64,000 nt of DNA from Bacteroidia bacterium (GTDB lineage: Bacteria > Bacteroidota > Bacteroidia > UKL13-3): NCBI GenBank assembly GCA_014376805.1, contig JACMQU010000028.1, forward strand, positions 471-64,470, written 5' to 3'. This document shows positions 11,601-21,027 of the stretch, piece by piece (the stretch's first letter is position 1; every line of letters begins with the position of its first letter). A program made the translations under genes and the position numbers. The notes under the pieces are model-generated. The model was not told the origin of the DNA. It did no database searches and saw nothing but the letters and a program-made list of their open reading frames with translations.

Positions 11601-12062
11601 GGCCACCGAACTGATTACGTGTGCAATTTCAATAGTCGGATGCACCAGATCGGAGATCATCGCATTCAATGATTCAACTCCTGTTTTCCAAGAACCTTTA
11701 GCTGCCGGTAATTCTATTCGTTGTGTTAACTTTCCCTGTTTACCAATGGTATTACCGGCATGTGTAAATTCTTCCATCATCTTTTCATTTAATGAAATAA
11801 TTTCATTAAGGGTATCGCATATTTTACCATTTATGCCAATTTGATCGATAGGCATGCGAACGGTAAAGTTTCCGTTTTTAACTTCAGAAAGTACAATAAG
11901 TAATTCCTTATTTGATATGCCGCCGGGGAGATTCTGTTGCTGATTTTTTTCATCAACCAATTGTGAATTTGCTTGTGAAACCCCATTTTTAGTTTTAACA
12001 GCTGGAACTAATTCGGCTACGCTATTTTCATTAGTACCCGAACCTCTTTTTTTTGTACCCAT
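5637..12062 (-). CDS. Giant cytoplasmic hybrid sensor kinase: poly-HAMP array + GAF + HisKA + HATPase_c + 3 REC
   Basis: 2141 aa with no TM segment. N-terminal HAMP-like modules ([18 protein letters not shown]..; [17 protein letters not shown]). 11 x 92-aa repeats. GAF ([21 protein letters not shown]). H-box [33 protein letters not shown]. Three receiver domains: [23 protein letters not shown]; [18 protein letters not shown]; [24 protein letters not shown]. Confidence 0.95.
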   Translation of the reverse strand: MGTKKRGSGTNENSVAELVPAVKTKNGVSQANSQLVDEKNQQQNLPGGISNKELLIVLSEVKNGNFTVRMPIDQIGINGKICDTLNEIISLNEKMMEEFTHAGNTIGKQGKLTQRIELPAAKGSWKTGVESLNAMISDLVHPTIEIAHVISSVAKGNLSQKMPQEIGGHALQGEFARIAKEVNDMVKQLNLFSMEVTRVAREVGSEGKLGGQAKVKGVAGVWKDLTDSVNQMGSNLTAQVRNIAEVTTAVAKGDLSKKITVDVKGEILELKNTINTMVDQLNSFSSEVTRVALEVGTEGKLGGQAQVKGVAGTWKDLTDSVNQMASNLTGQVRNIAEVTTAVAKGDLSRQITVDVKGEILELKNTINTMVDQLNSFSSEVTRVAREVGSEGKLGGQAKVKGVGGVWKDLTDSVNQMGSNLTAQVRNIAEVTTAVAKGDLSRKITVDVKGEILELKNTINTMVDQLNSFSSEVTRVALEVGTEGKLGGQAQVKGVAGTWKDLTDSVNGMASNLTGQVRNIAEVTTAVAKGDLSRKITVDVKGEILELKNTINTMVDQLNSFGSEVTRVAREVGSEGKLGGQADVPGVGGTWKDLTDSVNKMASNLTSQVRNIAEVTTAVAKGDLSRKITVDVQGEILELKNTINTMVDQLNSFGSEVTRVAREVGSEGKLGGQATVEGVGGVWKDLTDSVNQMGSNLTAQVRNIAEVTTAVAKGDLSRKITVDVRGEILELKNTINTMVDQLNSFGSEVTRVAREVGSEGKLGGQADVPGVAGTWKDLTDSVNKMASNLTSQVRNIAEVTTAVANGDLSRKIGVDVKGEILELKNTINTMVDQLRGFASEVTRVAREVGTEGKLGGQANVPGVAGTWKDLTDSVNQMAGNLTDQVRNIADVAIAVAKGDMSKKITVDVRGEILQLKETLNTMVDQLRAFASEVTRVAREVGTDGKLGGYAFVPGVAGTWKDLTDSVNQMTSNLTAQVRNIAEVTKAVASGDLSKTVTIDVKGEILDLKNTINTMVEQLNLFAFEVTRVAREVGTEGKLGGQAEVKGVAGTWKDLTDSVNMMASNLTSQVRGIAKVVTSVATGNLRQKLSINAKGEVAQLTDTINEMIETLAVFADQVTNVAREVGVEGRLGGQANVPGASGIWKNLTENVNQLAENLTTQVRSISEVASAVTKGDLTRNIRLEAKGEVEALKDTINQMITNLRETTLLNQEQDWLKSNLAKFTQMLQGQKDLNTVTKRILSELAQVVTARYGAFYILKQDEETGSVKLNLFAAYAYKSEKNIPKEFAIGEGLVGQCAFEKERILISNVPGDYIKINSGLGKAKPSSLIVLPVLFENNVKAVIELASLDAFSQTHLDFLSQLTESIGIVLNTIETNSRTEELLAQSQSLAGELKIQQEELSRTNDELQDKALLLVKQKNEVEAKNKEVEEARRSLEEKAEQLTLTSKYKSEFLANMSHELRTPLNSLLILAQQLYENADGNLNDKQIRYAKTIHSCGDDLIQLINDILDLSKIESGFISANFSSVRFSEIAGFVETTFKPISEARHLKFNIETDTKLPDMMETDLQRLNQILKNLLSNSFKFTEKGEVKLRIYEAKNNPKLANIALEGSKRIVAFAISDTGIGIPVEKQNIIFEAFQQAEGSTSRKYGGTGLGLSISRGLAELLGGTIELESNPGNGSTFTLFLPIENATGIAAMDKSENISAYQQLQQLATENTSMDTLLSSIRVTSDGIESKALVNEMLNDSGDDRNNIQLNDKLVLIVEDDLRFGKIVVEKAHKEGLKAIVAVSYIEVFDFINRYSPIAITLDVKLPDTSGWRVLDLLRNDLNYRHIPIHLISGEENKILALKRGARSFHLKPLENDSLNELFTDIITYNKKKLKQLLVIEDNVLDSSQISKILNGDNIQVTIASNGKKALKLLPKKEFDCIILDYTLPDIDGAEMIRQVTENKKNLTPIIVYSAKDFNKSELNMIHNNSNTVVMKGVKSIEHLLEETVLQLHINHKDLAPEKRKVIENIRMKEDILTGKYILVVDDDVRNLFALTTVFERYNINVITAESGKEAIQILNDNPKVEMVLMDIMMPEMDGYETTQKIRREHKNTSLPIIAVTAKAMKGDRQKCIEAGASDYITKPLKIDQLLSLMRVWFYK
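8454..11489 (-). repeat. 11 tandem 276-bp (92-aa) coding repeats, the poly-HAMP units
   Basis: Protein residues 192-1203. Each unit reads F[SGA][11 protein letters not shown][ST][78 protein letters not shown]. Units 10-11 are more diverged. The same periodicity creates the antisense + strand ORFs at 9583, 9865, 10135 and 10681. Confidence 0.9.
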
Positions 12063-12469
12063 GATCGTGAATTATTGATAAAAAAATATTAATATTAGAA
12101 ATAGTTTTTAATGATTATTGAGTTTGATTACAAAGCAAATATAAGATGAGCTAAATTCCAAAATTAGAGTCCATAACTTTCAAAATTGTAGACGCTATTC
12201 TACAAATCATGTGTGAAATTCTATTGGCACATTTTTTGTTAAGTCCCTGTTGCTGCTTCTATAACATTATTTTTATAATTGATGCTTTATTTATGTTATA
12301 TAATCATCCTGTTTTTAATTCAAACTTTTATGCTTTTTTTAACTTTAAATAATGAATTATAAACTTAATTTTAAAAATTGAAGAGAAGGTTTTAAACAAT
12401 AAAAAATTACAGAATTTAATTTTTTATTTAGTAAAAAAATAAAATGTAATTCAAGGTTTTAAAATTCAT

Positions 12470-12999
12470 AATAAATGGAATAAAGCGAAAAGGCAATTTT
12501 GTAAAAACCAGCCAACATAAAATTGGTTTTGATTCTCAGATAAATAAAGGAGATAAGATTTTAATTCTTAGCTCTATGCCGGGTGAAATGTCTTGCCATG
12601 CAGCAATACTATGCACATCCACGCAACTTATTCTGGAAACTTCTAGCCACTATGATAAGCCTGCATTTATCACATGATTATAAAGCAAAAATTGAACTAT
12701 TAATATAAGCACAAATATCTTTATGGGATGCATGCAATACTTGTAAAGTGAAAGTAGTTACTACAGCCCTATCAAGGAAGAAGGTCCCTAATCATATCGA
12801 ATCTTTATTAATAGAGAATCCCTCAATTAAAATTATTGCCTTTAAGGGTAATAAGGCTGCTAAATTGTTTAAAAAATATTTCATGCTAAGTACTGGTTAC
12901 ACCTTTCTTCATTTGCTTTCATCAAGTCCTGCAAATGCGAGTATAAACTGGAAAATTATACTGGGCCGATGGATGGACTTAAAAATAAATGATGTGTGA
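12470..12999 (+). pseudogene. Decayed DNA-deoxyinosine (hypoxanthine) glycosylase, UDG family-6-like
   Basis: ..KILILSSMPGEMS in one frame. A frameshift then leads to QQYYAHPRNLFWKLLATMI..LLI*AQISLWDACNTC.., with an in-frame TAA at 12706-12708. The end reads ..IKIIAFKGNKAAKLFKKYF..SSSPANAS. The motifs LILGSxPG / YYxHPxNxFW / LWD / FNGxKA are as I remember for this family. Only the C-terminal piece (12748..12999) is in the ORF track. Confidence 0.6.
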
Positions 13000-13022
13000 T
13001 AATTTTTAATAAATAAAATGAG

Positions 13023-13050
13023 AAGCTGACTTAATTTCTTAAGTCAGCTT
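13023..13050. terminator. 12-bp perfect hairpin after the glycosylase relic
   Basis: AAGCTGACTTAA-TTTC-TTAAGTCAGCTT. No strong T-run follows, so terminator function is uncertain. Confidence 0.4.
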
Positions 13051-13326
13051 TCGCGATGTTCAAGCATTATAGTGATGCTGATATTTTATATTAATAAGTA
13101 GATTCTCTTCAAATAAATTACAAATTGTATATTATGGCGAATTTATAAAATACAAGTTACAAGAATCGCTTTATAAAGTAATTGTCAATTGATGAATGGG
13201 CAAGGTTTTTTTCAAAAATAGTTGTGGGAAAAAATACCCATTGTATGAAAGAAATTACTCACTCAATTTTTTTTATGTATTATTTCAGATCTCTTTTAAA
13301 CAAGATCTGCTATATAATTAATTTCC

Positions 13327-13497
13327 TCATTTGCCGGCACGCGAAATAAAGAAGATGATTAATGCAATTACCGCAACTACAATAAAAATTCCGAAGCCCA
13401 TCCCTGCTTTAAAAATTCCGGCAATAGCACTGCATGAACTCAATAACAGAGCATAGCAGAGAGTTGGAATAAATAGGGTTAAGGTTGAATTTTTCAT
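13327..13497 (-). CDS. Small (56-aa) membrane protein or lipoprotein, below the ORF-track size cutoff
   Basis: My translation: MKNSTLTLFIPTLCYALLLSSCSAIAGIFKAGMGFGIFIVVAVIALIIFFISRAGK*. It has a signal/lipobox-like LLSSC, one clear TM helix and a basic C-terminus. Confidence 0.45.
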   Translation of the reverse strand: MKNSTLTLFIPTLCYALLLSSCSAIAGIFKAGMGFGIFIVVAVIALIIFFISRAGK

Positions 13498-13659
13498 TTT
13501 AAATTAATTAAATTGGTGAGTAGATGTTAAAATACATACAACCTATATACAAAACCATGCCTAAACGTTTTTACTGGGCTTTTGGCGGATTCTACCTTCA
13601 ACCGGTGAGTATTTGTTGCCCCAAGTGTGGATTTTTCTCGGTAAAATATCAAGTGTATA

Positions 13660-13677
13660 AATAGAATGATTTCTATT
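13660..13677. promoter_or_regulatory. 7-4-7 inverted repeat upstream of the catalase gene (candidate operator)
   Basis: AATAGAA-TGAT-TTCTATT, ending 56 bp upstream of the katE ATG (13734). Confidence 0.3.
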
Positions 13678-13733
13678 AAGGCATTAATTTTGACAATAAT
13701 CTAATAAATTGAACGGCATTAACTTTTATCGAT

Positions 13734-15896
13734 ATGGCAAAAAAAAATGATTCAGCAAAACCTAAAATAAACAATAAAAAGGTTAATGATCTTTCAAAAA
13801 ATACAGAAACTGGCGAAGGGCAATTTCTGACTACAAACCAAGGCTTAAAAATAAACGACAATCAGAATTCTTTAAAAGCCGGAGAAAGGGGTTCAACCTT
13901 ACTGGAAGATTTTATTTTACGTGAAAAAATAACTCACTTCGATCACGAGCGAATCCCTGAACGTATTGTGCATGCGCGAGGGTCTGCTGCTCATGGATTT
14001 TTTCAGTTATACGAATCGATAGCACAATATACAAAAGCAGGATTTTTAAACGACACTTCAGTTACTACTCCGGTTTTTGTAAGATTCAGCACAGTGGCAG
14101 GTTCCCGGGGCTCCTCCGATCTTGCCCGGGATGTTAGAGGTTTCTCCGTAAAATTTTATACAGAACAGGGTAATTATGATTTGGTAGGTAATAATATGCC
14201 TGTGTTTTTTATTCAGGATGCCATTAAATTCCCAGATTTAATTCATGCTGTTAAACCCGAGCCTCACAATGAAATTCCACAGGCTGCTTCAGCACATGAT
14301 ACCTTCTGGGATTTTATTTCTTTGATGCCGGAAAGTATGCATATGATCATGTGGGCGATGAGTGATAGGGCACTTCCAAGAAGCCTCCGCATGATGGAAG
14401 GATTTGGGGTTCATACTTTCAGGCTTATCAATGAAAATAATAAGTCTGTATTTGTTAAATTTCACTGGAAGCCGTTATTGGGTATTCATAGTGTAGTTTG
14501 GGATGAAGCACAAAAAATATCAGGTAAAGATTCTGATTTTCACCGCAGAGATTTATGGGAAGCAATTGATAAAGGAGCCTTCCCTGAATGGGAATTAGGT
14601 TTGCAGATAGTGGAAGAAAAAGATGAGTTTAAATTTGATTTTGATTTGTTGGATCCCACTAAATTAATACCTGAAGAATTGGTGCCTGTTAAGATTATTG
14701 GTAAACTTACTTTGAACCGCAACCCAGATAATTTTTTTGCTGAAACAGAGCAGGTTGCTTTTCATCCGGGTCACTTGGTACCGGGTATTGATTTTACTAA
14801 TGATCCTCTCCTGCAAGGTCGCCTGTTTTCCTACACCGATACCCAATTATCCCGCTTAGGAAGCCCCAATTTTCATGAAATTCCTATAAATCGTCCTTTA
14901 TCAGGTGTACACAATAATCAACGCGATGGTCATATGCGTCAGACTATAAATACCGGTAATAGTTATGATCCAAATACCACTTCAGGTGGTTGTCCTTTTC
15001 AGGCAAAAGCAGTAGACGGTGGATTTACCTCTTATAATGAACGAATTGATGAAAGAAAGATTAGGGGGCGTAGTAAAAGTTTCTTCGATCATTTTAGTCA
15101 GGCAACTTTATTTTATAACAGCCAAAGCGAAGCAGAAAAAAACCACCTAACAGATGCATTTCGTTTCGAATTGAGTAAGGTGGAAGCACCTGCTATTCGA
15201 GAAAGGATGCTGGGTTTAATTTCGCAGGTTGATAAAAACCTCGCCATGAATATAGCAGTTACACTTGGCATATCCGTTCCCAAAACACCAAAACAGCCTA
15301 TGAACATGAGCATACCTGCCGATGGAAATGTTAAAAAGTTTCAACCGGTTAAAGTTAATTCTACGCTAAGCAGTTCTGCTGCACTAAGTATGGCTTCTAC
15401 CATTAAGAATACCATTAAAACACGTCAGATTGCAATTTTAGCAGGCAATGGAGTAGATGATGTTTCTTTAACAAAAATGAAAACAGACCTTGAAGCAGAA
15501 GGCGCAGTAGTTAAAGTTATTGCTGCACAACTTGGTTATATTAAGGGCATAAGTAAAATGGATATTAAAGTGGATTTGAATTTTATAACAGCAAGCAGTG
15601 TATTGTTCGATGCTGTATACATTCCGGGTGGTGCAAAAAGTATTGCATCCTTAAAGCAGGAGCCTGATGTTATTAATTTTATAAATGAGGCTTACAAGCA
15701 TTGTAAACCTATTGCAGCCGATGCTGAAGGAGCAGAAATGCTTCAAACTTCAACTGAAATAGGAATGCATTATAAGCATGGAAAAAATGAAATAATGCAG
15801 GGTATTGTTTTAAATGGCAAGAGCCTCGATTTTATAAAAGCTATTGCCAAACATCGGTTCTGGGAACGTGAAAAAGGAAATAAAATTCCCGCTTGA
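13734..15896 (+). CDS. katE: Large-subunit monofunctional catalase (HPII type)
   Basis: 720 aa. FDHERIPERIVHARGSAAHGFF, VRFSTVAGSRGS, RLFSYTDTQLSRLG. The C-terminal extra roughly 150-aa flavodoxin/DJ-1-like domain is typical of HPII catalases. Confidence 0.95.
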   Translation: MAKKNDSAKPKINNKKVNDLSKNTETGEGQFLTTNQGLKINDNQNSLKAGERGSTLLEDFILREKITHFDHERIPERIVHARGSAAHGFFQLYESIAQYTKAGFLNDTSVTTPVFVRFSTVAGSRGSSDLARDVRGFSVKFYTEQGNYDLVGNNMPVFFIQDAIKFPDLIHAVKPEPHNEIPQAASAHDTFWDFISLMPESMHMIMWAMSDRALPRSLRMMEGFGVHTFRLINENNKSVFVKFHWKPLLGIHSVVWDEAQKISGKDSDFHRRDLWEAIDKGAFPEWELGLQIVEEKDEFKFDFDLLDPTKLIPEELVPVKIIGKLTLNRNPDNFFAETEQVAFHPGHLVPGIDFTNDPLLQGRLFSYTDTQLSRLGSPNFHEIPINRPLSGVHNNQRDGHMRQTINTGNSYDPNTTSGGCPFQAKAVDGGFTSYNERIDERKIRGRSKSFFDHFSQATLFYNSQSEAEKNHLTDAFRFELSKVEAPAIRERMLGLISQVDKNLAMNIAVTLGISVPKTPKQPMNMSIPADGNVKKFQPVKVNSTLSSSAALSMASTIKNTIKTRQIAILAGNGVDDVSLTKMKTDLEAEGAVVKVIAAQLGYIKGISKMDIKVDLNFITASSVLFDAVYIPGGAKSIASLKQEPDVINFINEAYKHCKPIAADAEGAEMLQTSTEIGMHYKHGKNEIMQGIVLNGKSLDFIKAIAKHRFWEREKGNKIPA

Positions 15897-15915
15897 TAGT
15901 GATCACCTTTTTATA

Positions 15916-16197
15916 ATGAATACGTTTCTAATTGGAATAACTGCCGTAATCTCAACTGCTGTTTTGGCCTCAACTCATTAAGCTGATAAAGGATTAAAAA
16001 GCAGAAGATATTTCCGTACGCATGCTCATCATATTATTTGTGGGTTTGGTACATTAGATTTATTATTGGTATTTGAAAAAGACTGGTTACTGATAGTTAC
16101 CAATACCTTTTCTCTATTGATTAATGTTCTGATAGCAATACTTACTTTTAAGTATAAAAAAATTGAAATAAATATCTACCTTTCTAAAAAATAATAA
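15916..16197 (+). pseudogene. Decayed SemiSWEET / PQ-loop transporter
   Basis: MNTFLIGITAVISTAVLAS in frame 1. A shift then gives ..WPQLIKLIKD*KAEDISVRMLIILFVGLVH*IYYWYLKK (in-frame TAA and TAG). A second shift gives DWLLIVTNTFSLLINVLIAILTFKYKK..*. Total about 94 codons, the size of a SemiSWEET, with the PQ motif present. Confidence 0.6.
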
Positions 16198-16198
16198 A

Positions 16199-16390
16199 AT
16201 GGATAATCTCGAGAATAAAGGGCCAGAAGATAGAAGCTTAATTGCACTTAAAGAGGACTGGGAAGTTAAGTGGTGGACTAAAAGTTTAGGCGTATCAGTT
16301 TTGCAATTAAAAGAAGCTATAGATGCAGTTGGATATTCATCAGAAAAAGTGCATTTATTTTTACAAGATAAAAAGCATTTAAAAAAATAA
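16199..16390 (+). CDS. DUF3606-family small protein
   Basis: 63 aa. ..EDWEVKWWTKSLGVSVLQLKEAIDAVGYSSEKV.. matches my memory of DUF3606 (..evxyWaxxlgvsxxxLxxAvxxvGxs). Confidence 0.65.
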   Translation: MDNLENKGPEDRSLIALKEDWEVKWWTKSLGVSVLQLKEAIDAVGYSSEKVHLFLQDKKHLKK

Positions 16391-16947
16391 TTGGAATGAC
16401 AGTTTATTTAACAACAGATAATCTATAAAAAACGGCTTTCCGCTTGGCTAAAGACTTAATTTTTTGGACTAAAGGTATTACGAAATTAAAAAGGTCAGGG
16501 TTAGAAAAATGTTAGTACAAATTACGTCAGACTACGCGTTGCCAAACTGAAAGGTAATAGTTTGTTGATTTCATTTTTTAGTTTTCGTGAAGTGTTATTT
16601 TTATCGAGATTTTTTTTAAAATAAGGTTCAGGTTAAAACAATTTTCTAAAAATGTTTTAAGTATAGATAGAACAAGTATAAACCGCTTGTTGAACCTGTA
16701 ATTTCTTCTATTACTTAGACACCTGTTTTGTTAAAACCGTAAATTTTAATGGTTACGAAAATTGATTCGTCAGTAAATATTTTAAAGTTAAAGTAACAGT
16801 TGTTGGGAGCTAAATAGTAAACCTTGTAAAAGCTTTTTTGGGTTTGATAGAATTTCTTTAGCCATTAGATAAAAGGAGAAATTATACAGTTCCAATTCAC
16901 AAATGATAAAATTGATAACAATTATTCTTTAATAAAATATTTTTCAA

Positions 16948-17394
16948 TTAAAATCTAAAGGCTTCACTTGTACTCCAGGGAATTCTCGACAGTACAAGGA
17001 TCAAACCAATACTATAATAAACAAGACATCTTTTGTGTTTATCCAAATCAGCATAAGCCTTTTTAGATTTAATGCGCCCAATCTGAATTATCGTTATGGC
17101 AATAATCATTACCAAAGGATGCTCCAGCATTTGAAAGCGCAATGTTTTATTGTGCATAGAAGCAGATACATCATTGAGGGCTTGCTGAACAACCGGACTA
17201 AGTACCCAAAGAAATAAGCCTATTAATAATTGGGAATGTGCAGTACCTAAAAAAATAGCTCCGGCAGTTTTATCTTCTTTGCCAAAAGGGGTTTGATTAC
17301 GGGTGCCTTGCAGCGCCCTGAAAATAGCATACACAGCGGCGGCTAAAAATAGCCAGCGTAAAAAATTGTGAATGGTTAGTAATGTTTCGTACAT
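16948..17394 (-). CDS. Integral membrane protein (4 predicted TM helices), function unknown
   Basis: 148-aa ORF with hydrophobic segments LFLAAAVYAIF, LLIGLFLWVL, LVMIIAITIIQI, LVYYSIGLILVL. Confidence 0.6.
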   Translation of the reverse strand: MYETLLTIHNFLRWLFLAAAVYAIFRALQGTRNQTPFGKEDKTAGAIFLGTAHSQLLIGLFLWVLSPVVQQALNDVSASMHNKTLRFQMLEHPLVMIIAITIIQIGRIKSKKAYADLDKHKRCLVYYSIGLILVLSRIPWSTSEAFRF

Positions 17395-17445
17395 GGTATT
17401 TTTTGTTCAAAGCTACTAATTGTATAACTTATGTGAACAATTGTT

Positions 17446-19521
17446 TTGAACACAAAACTTATGATGGCTAGTTTTTGGCAACAGATGCCTTTTGTACGAT
17501 TAATAATTCCGTTTATTGCCGGAATTGTATGTCAATTATTTTTACCTCTTAATTTAGTGCTGTCTCTTATTTTGCTTATATCTTCAGCCCTGATAGCCTG
17601 GATAGGATTTCTTAAAATAAATAACTATTCACGACTTTGGTGGCCCGGAATTTTTGTGAACATTTTGCTTTTTTTCTTTGGATCAGCCATTACTTATGTA
17701 CAAAACTATAAAGTTGATTCTAACTATTTAAACCCCGCAAATAATAGCTATTATATTGTTAAGATAGATGAACCTATAGTAACACGTAAAAACTCTTATA
17801 AAGCCAGGGCTGTAGTTATAGAAGTAATTGACAGTTTACATAATGCCATAAATGCAGATATGAATTTGATGATTTATTTTAAAAAAGACAGTTCCATTCT
17901 TCATGTTCAGTATGGCGATCTTTTATTAATTAAATCCCAATTATTGGAAATTTCTTTACCTAAAAATCCGGGTGAATTTAACTTTAAGAATTACCTGGCA
18001 TTTAAACATATTCATCTGCAAACTTACCTAAGCAGCAATCAGTTTACATTACTACCTCAACGGAAGTCTAATCGTTTATATTTACTTGCTTATCAAAGTC
18101 AGGAATACATTAAAAAAACTTTACAACAATATGTTAGTGGCAAAAACGAAATGGGAGTGGGAGAAGCATTGTTGTTTGGTTTTGATGACGACATCGATCC
18201 CCAGGTTTTTAAATCCTATAGCCATACGGGAACATTACATGTACTTGCAGTAAGTGGGATGCATGTGGGGTTAATTTTTATGGTTTTAAGTTTCTTGTTA
18301 AATCCCCTTCAAAAAATAAAACAGTTACGGTTTTTAAAACCGGTTTTAGTATTAACAGGTGTATGGTTGTATTCTTTATTGTGTGGTTTATCGCCTTCTA
18401 TTTTAAGAGCTACCATTATGATAAGTTTTCTGGTAACAGGAGAGGTGATCAAACGAAGAAGTAATGCGTTCAACAGTTTGGCCGCATCTGCATTTCTGTT
18501 GCTAATGTGTGATACATCCATGATTGCGAATGTTGGTTTTCAACTAAGTTATGCTGCAGTACTTGGTATTATCGCTTTCTATAAATCTATCTATGAATTG
18601 TTTGATTTTAAAACCAGGTTTGGTGATGCTATATGGAAAGTAATTGCTGTTTCTCTGGCAGCTCAAGCATTAACTTTTCCTATGAGTCTTTATTATTTTC
18701 ATCAGTTTCCAAATTATTTTTTAGTAGCTAATTTACTCATCATTCCTGTAACAACACTGGTTATTTATACCGGGATTCTTTTATTGGTTTTCAGTAAAAT
18801 TTATATCCTTGCCTATTACCTCGGTTCAGGCATGCAGGCTTTAATTTATATTTCTAACTACATGGCACAATGGATTGAACAAATTCCATATTCTTACACA
18901 GATAATATTTTTATATCTGCGGCCGTTACCTTGCTAATTTATGGTTTTGGCCTGTTCATACTTATATATTTTCATCAAAGGGATTTGTTATTCTTTAAAC
19001 TAAGTTTATTAACTTTATTGCTGATCTGTTTTTTTCGCACCCAAGAATTGTTTCAGCAGTTGGATCAGAAGAAACTTTTAATTTATAGTATCAAAGATCA
19101 TATAGCTATACAACTCTTAACCGGTAAACAGGCCACACTTATTGCAGACAGTGGATTAATAGCAGATCAGGTTGCGAAGGATTACCATTTAAAAGGTTTC
19201 ATTTGTGAAAGTGGTATAAATATACAATTAGAGCAAATTCTTCCGCAACAAAACACGCTTATAAAAATAGACGAACATAAAACACTGGTGGTTCTTATTA
19301 AAAATTGTAATTACACAAAAGGTAAATATGAATGGGCTTTGGTAAGTGGTAAACAATATCTGAACCTGGAAGTATTTCTCAAGAATAACATCGTTAAAAA
19401 CTTGTTGCTAAACCCGGATATTCCATTTAGAAAAAAAATCGCTTTAAAAAAAATTGCCTCCACTTATCAAATTCCCTGTTATGATATTGCTGAAAATGGA
19501 GCGATTGAAGTATTATTGTAG
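17446..19521 (+). CDS. ComEC/Rec2-family competence membrane protein, no recognisable C-terminal metallo-beta-lactamase domain
   Basis: 691 aa and polytopic. Signature HTGTLHVLAVSGMHVGLIF. The true start may be the ATG at 17461 (MMASFWQQ). Confidence 0.85.
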   Translation: MNTKLMMASFWQQMPFVRLIIPFIAGIVCQLFLPLNLVLSLILLISSALIAWIGFLKINNYSRLWWPGIFVNILLFFFGSAITYVQNYKVDSNYLNPANNSYYIVKIDEPIVTRKNSYKARAVVIEVIDSLHNAINADMNLMIYFKKDSSILHVQYGDLLLIKSQLLEISLPKNPGEFNFKNYLAFKHIHLQTYLSSNQFTLLPQRKSNRLYLLAYQSQEYIKKTLQQYVSGKNEMGVGEALLFGFDDDIDPQVFKSYSHTGTLHVLAVSGMHVGLIFMVLSFLLNPLQKIKQLRFLKPVLVLTGVWLYSLLCGLSPSILRATIMISFLVTGEVIKRRSNAFNSLAASAFLLLMCDTSMIANVGFQLSYAAVLGIIAFYKSIYELFDFKTRFGDAIWKVIAVSLAAQALTFPMSLYYFHQFPNYFLVANLLIIPVTTLVIYTGILLLVFSKIYILAYYLGSGMQALIYISNYMAQWIEQIPYSYTDNIFISAAVTLLIYGFGLFILIYFHQRDLLFFKLSLLTLLLICFFRTQELFQQLDQKKLLIYSIKDHIAIQLLTGKQATLIADSGLIADQVAKDYHLKGFICESGINIQLEQILPQQNTLIKIDEHKTLVVLIKNCNYTKGKYEWALVSGKQYLNLEVFLKNNIVKNLLLNPDIPFRKKIALKKIASTYQIPCYDIAENGAIEVLL

Positions 19522-19525
19522 CATC

Positions 19526-20302
19526 ATGGAAGATTTGGTATTATATGAAGTTACTGATCGTGTAGGGTATATTACCCTTAACCGGCCCGAAAAAAGAAAT
19601 GCATTGAGCTTTGATTTTGTTAAAGAGATTAAACAGAAACTTAAGGATGCACAATCTGATGATCTTTGTAAAGTGATTGTAATTAAAGCCAACGGCGAAG
19701 CTTTTTGTTCGGGTGCTGATCTCGCCTCTTTACAAAAACTGCAAAACAATTCCCTCGAAGAAAACATTGCTGACAGTAAAAATTTAGCAGAACTCTATCT
19801 TCAAATCTATCAGTCTCCCAAGATTATTATCTCCAGAGTAGAAGGAGCAGCATTTGCGGGTGGCTGCGGTTTGGCAACTATTTGTGATTTTACCTTTGCT
19901 ACTACCATGTCACGGTTTGCTTATACGGAAGTGAAAATTGGATTTATACCAGCTATTGTAATGGTATTTTTACTGCAACAGGTAGGCGAGAAAGTGGCCA
20001 AACAATTACTTCTTACCGGGGACGTTTTTGATGCGCAAAAAGCATATACATATAACCTGGTTAATTGTATTTATGATCCTATTATGATTGAAGAAGAAAC
20101 ACATAATTTTGCCTTAAGACTTTGCAAGCAAAATTCTGCCCAGAGTATGGCCCTAACAAAAAAAATGATTGGCAAACTTCGCGGACTTACCTTACCTGAT
20201 GCACTTGAATATGCTTCACAAATGAATGCAGAAGCCAGAGGTTCGGTGGATTGCAAAAGGGGGATTGCTTCATTTTTAAATAAGGAAAAACTTATATGGT
20301 AA
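19526..20302 (+). CDS. Enoyl-CoA hydratase/isomerase (crotonase) family protein
   Basis: ITLNRPEKRNAL, KANGEAFCSGADL, GAAFAGGCGLA. I moved the start to the ATG at 19526 (MEDLVLYEV), just after the ComEC stop. The track start at 19454 would overlap ComEC. Confidence 0.85.
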   Translation: MEDLVLYEVTDRVGYITLNRPEKRNALSFDFVKEIKQKLKDAQSDDLCKVIVIKANGEAFCSGADLASLQKLQNNSLEENIADSKNLAELYLQIYQSPKIIISRVEGAAFAGGCGLATICDFTFATTMSRFAYTEVKIGFIPAIVMVFLLQQVGEKVAKQLLLTGDVFDAQKAYTYNLVNCIYDPIMIEEETHNFALRLCKQNSAQSMALTKKMIGKLRGLTLPDALEYASQMNAEARGSVDCKRGIASFLNKEKLIW

Positions 20303-20322
20303 TACATCAACAGCAATCGGGG

Positions 20323-21027
20323 ATGAATTATTTAGCGTTATTTCTTTTTATAACACTCCCAACTTTATTATGGGCTCAGCCAAAAATTACTGAAGGCAAA
20401 CTGTTTTATGATATTACTTATCAGAATTTATCTGAGCAGATGAAGGGCAAGGAAAGCCAGTTACCGCATGATGCAAGTTTTTATTTTAAGAATAAGAAAA
20501 GCAGAATTGAAATGGGTGCAGGTTCACTTGGTAAAAACGTTACCATAACAGACCAGACAAAAAAACTTACAATCGTATTACTCAATATCTATAATAAGAA
20601 ATTTGCCATCTTAAAAACTGACAGTGAGATGCTGGAAGTGAGAAAATCTTTTCAGCCGGATACTGCAAAAACAGTGGTAAAAGTGGAAGTTATAAACGAA
20701 CAAAAAAAGATTGCCGGTTATACTTGTCAGAAAGCTATTATTACCAGAACTACCAATGGTATTATAAAAAAATCAGACTGTTGGTTCACAAAAGATCTTC
20801 CTTCTTATAATACTCAATATGATGAAGCTTATAAAATGATAGATGGCTTTTTAATGCAATATAATATTACGGAAGCGGGCATGACAATGATGATGACTGT
20901 AAAGATGATAATGCCCATCCCAATTGATGATAAAATGTTTGAAGTGCCTGAAGGTTATAGGGTGCTAACAGAAAAGGAACTCATGAAAGTACTCAATGTA
21001 TTGCAACAGGATCAATCAGGTTACTGA
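20323..21027 (+). CDS. Exported hypothetical protein
   Basis: Signal peptide MNYLALFLFITLPTLLWAQ at the internal ATG. No motif I can name. Confidence 0.55.
   Translation: MNYLALFLFITLPTLLWAQPKITEGKLFYDITYQNLSEQMKGKESQLPHDASFYFKNKKSRIEMGAGSLGKNVTITDQTKKLTIVLLNIYNKKFAILKTDSEMLEVRKSFQPDTAKTVVKVEVINEQKKIAGYTCQKAIITRTTNGIIKKSDCWFTKDLPSYNTQYDEAYKMIDGFLMQYNITEAGMTMMMTVKMIMPIPIDDKMFEVPEGYRVLTEKELMKVLNVLQQDQSGY

Noticed and set aside
8398-11844. A series of 80-125-aa ORFs on the + strand inside the giant kinase gene (8398, 8788, 9155, 9583, 9865, 10135, 10681, 11599), several with near-identical sequences.
   Set aside because: They are the antisense image of the 276-bp HAMP coding repeats. Their periodicity, low-complexity S/T/P-rich composition and full overlap with a strongly supported minus-strand CDS make them artefacts.
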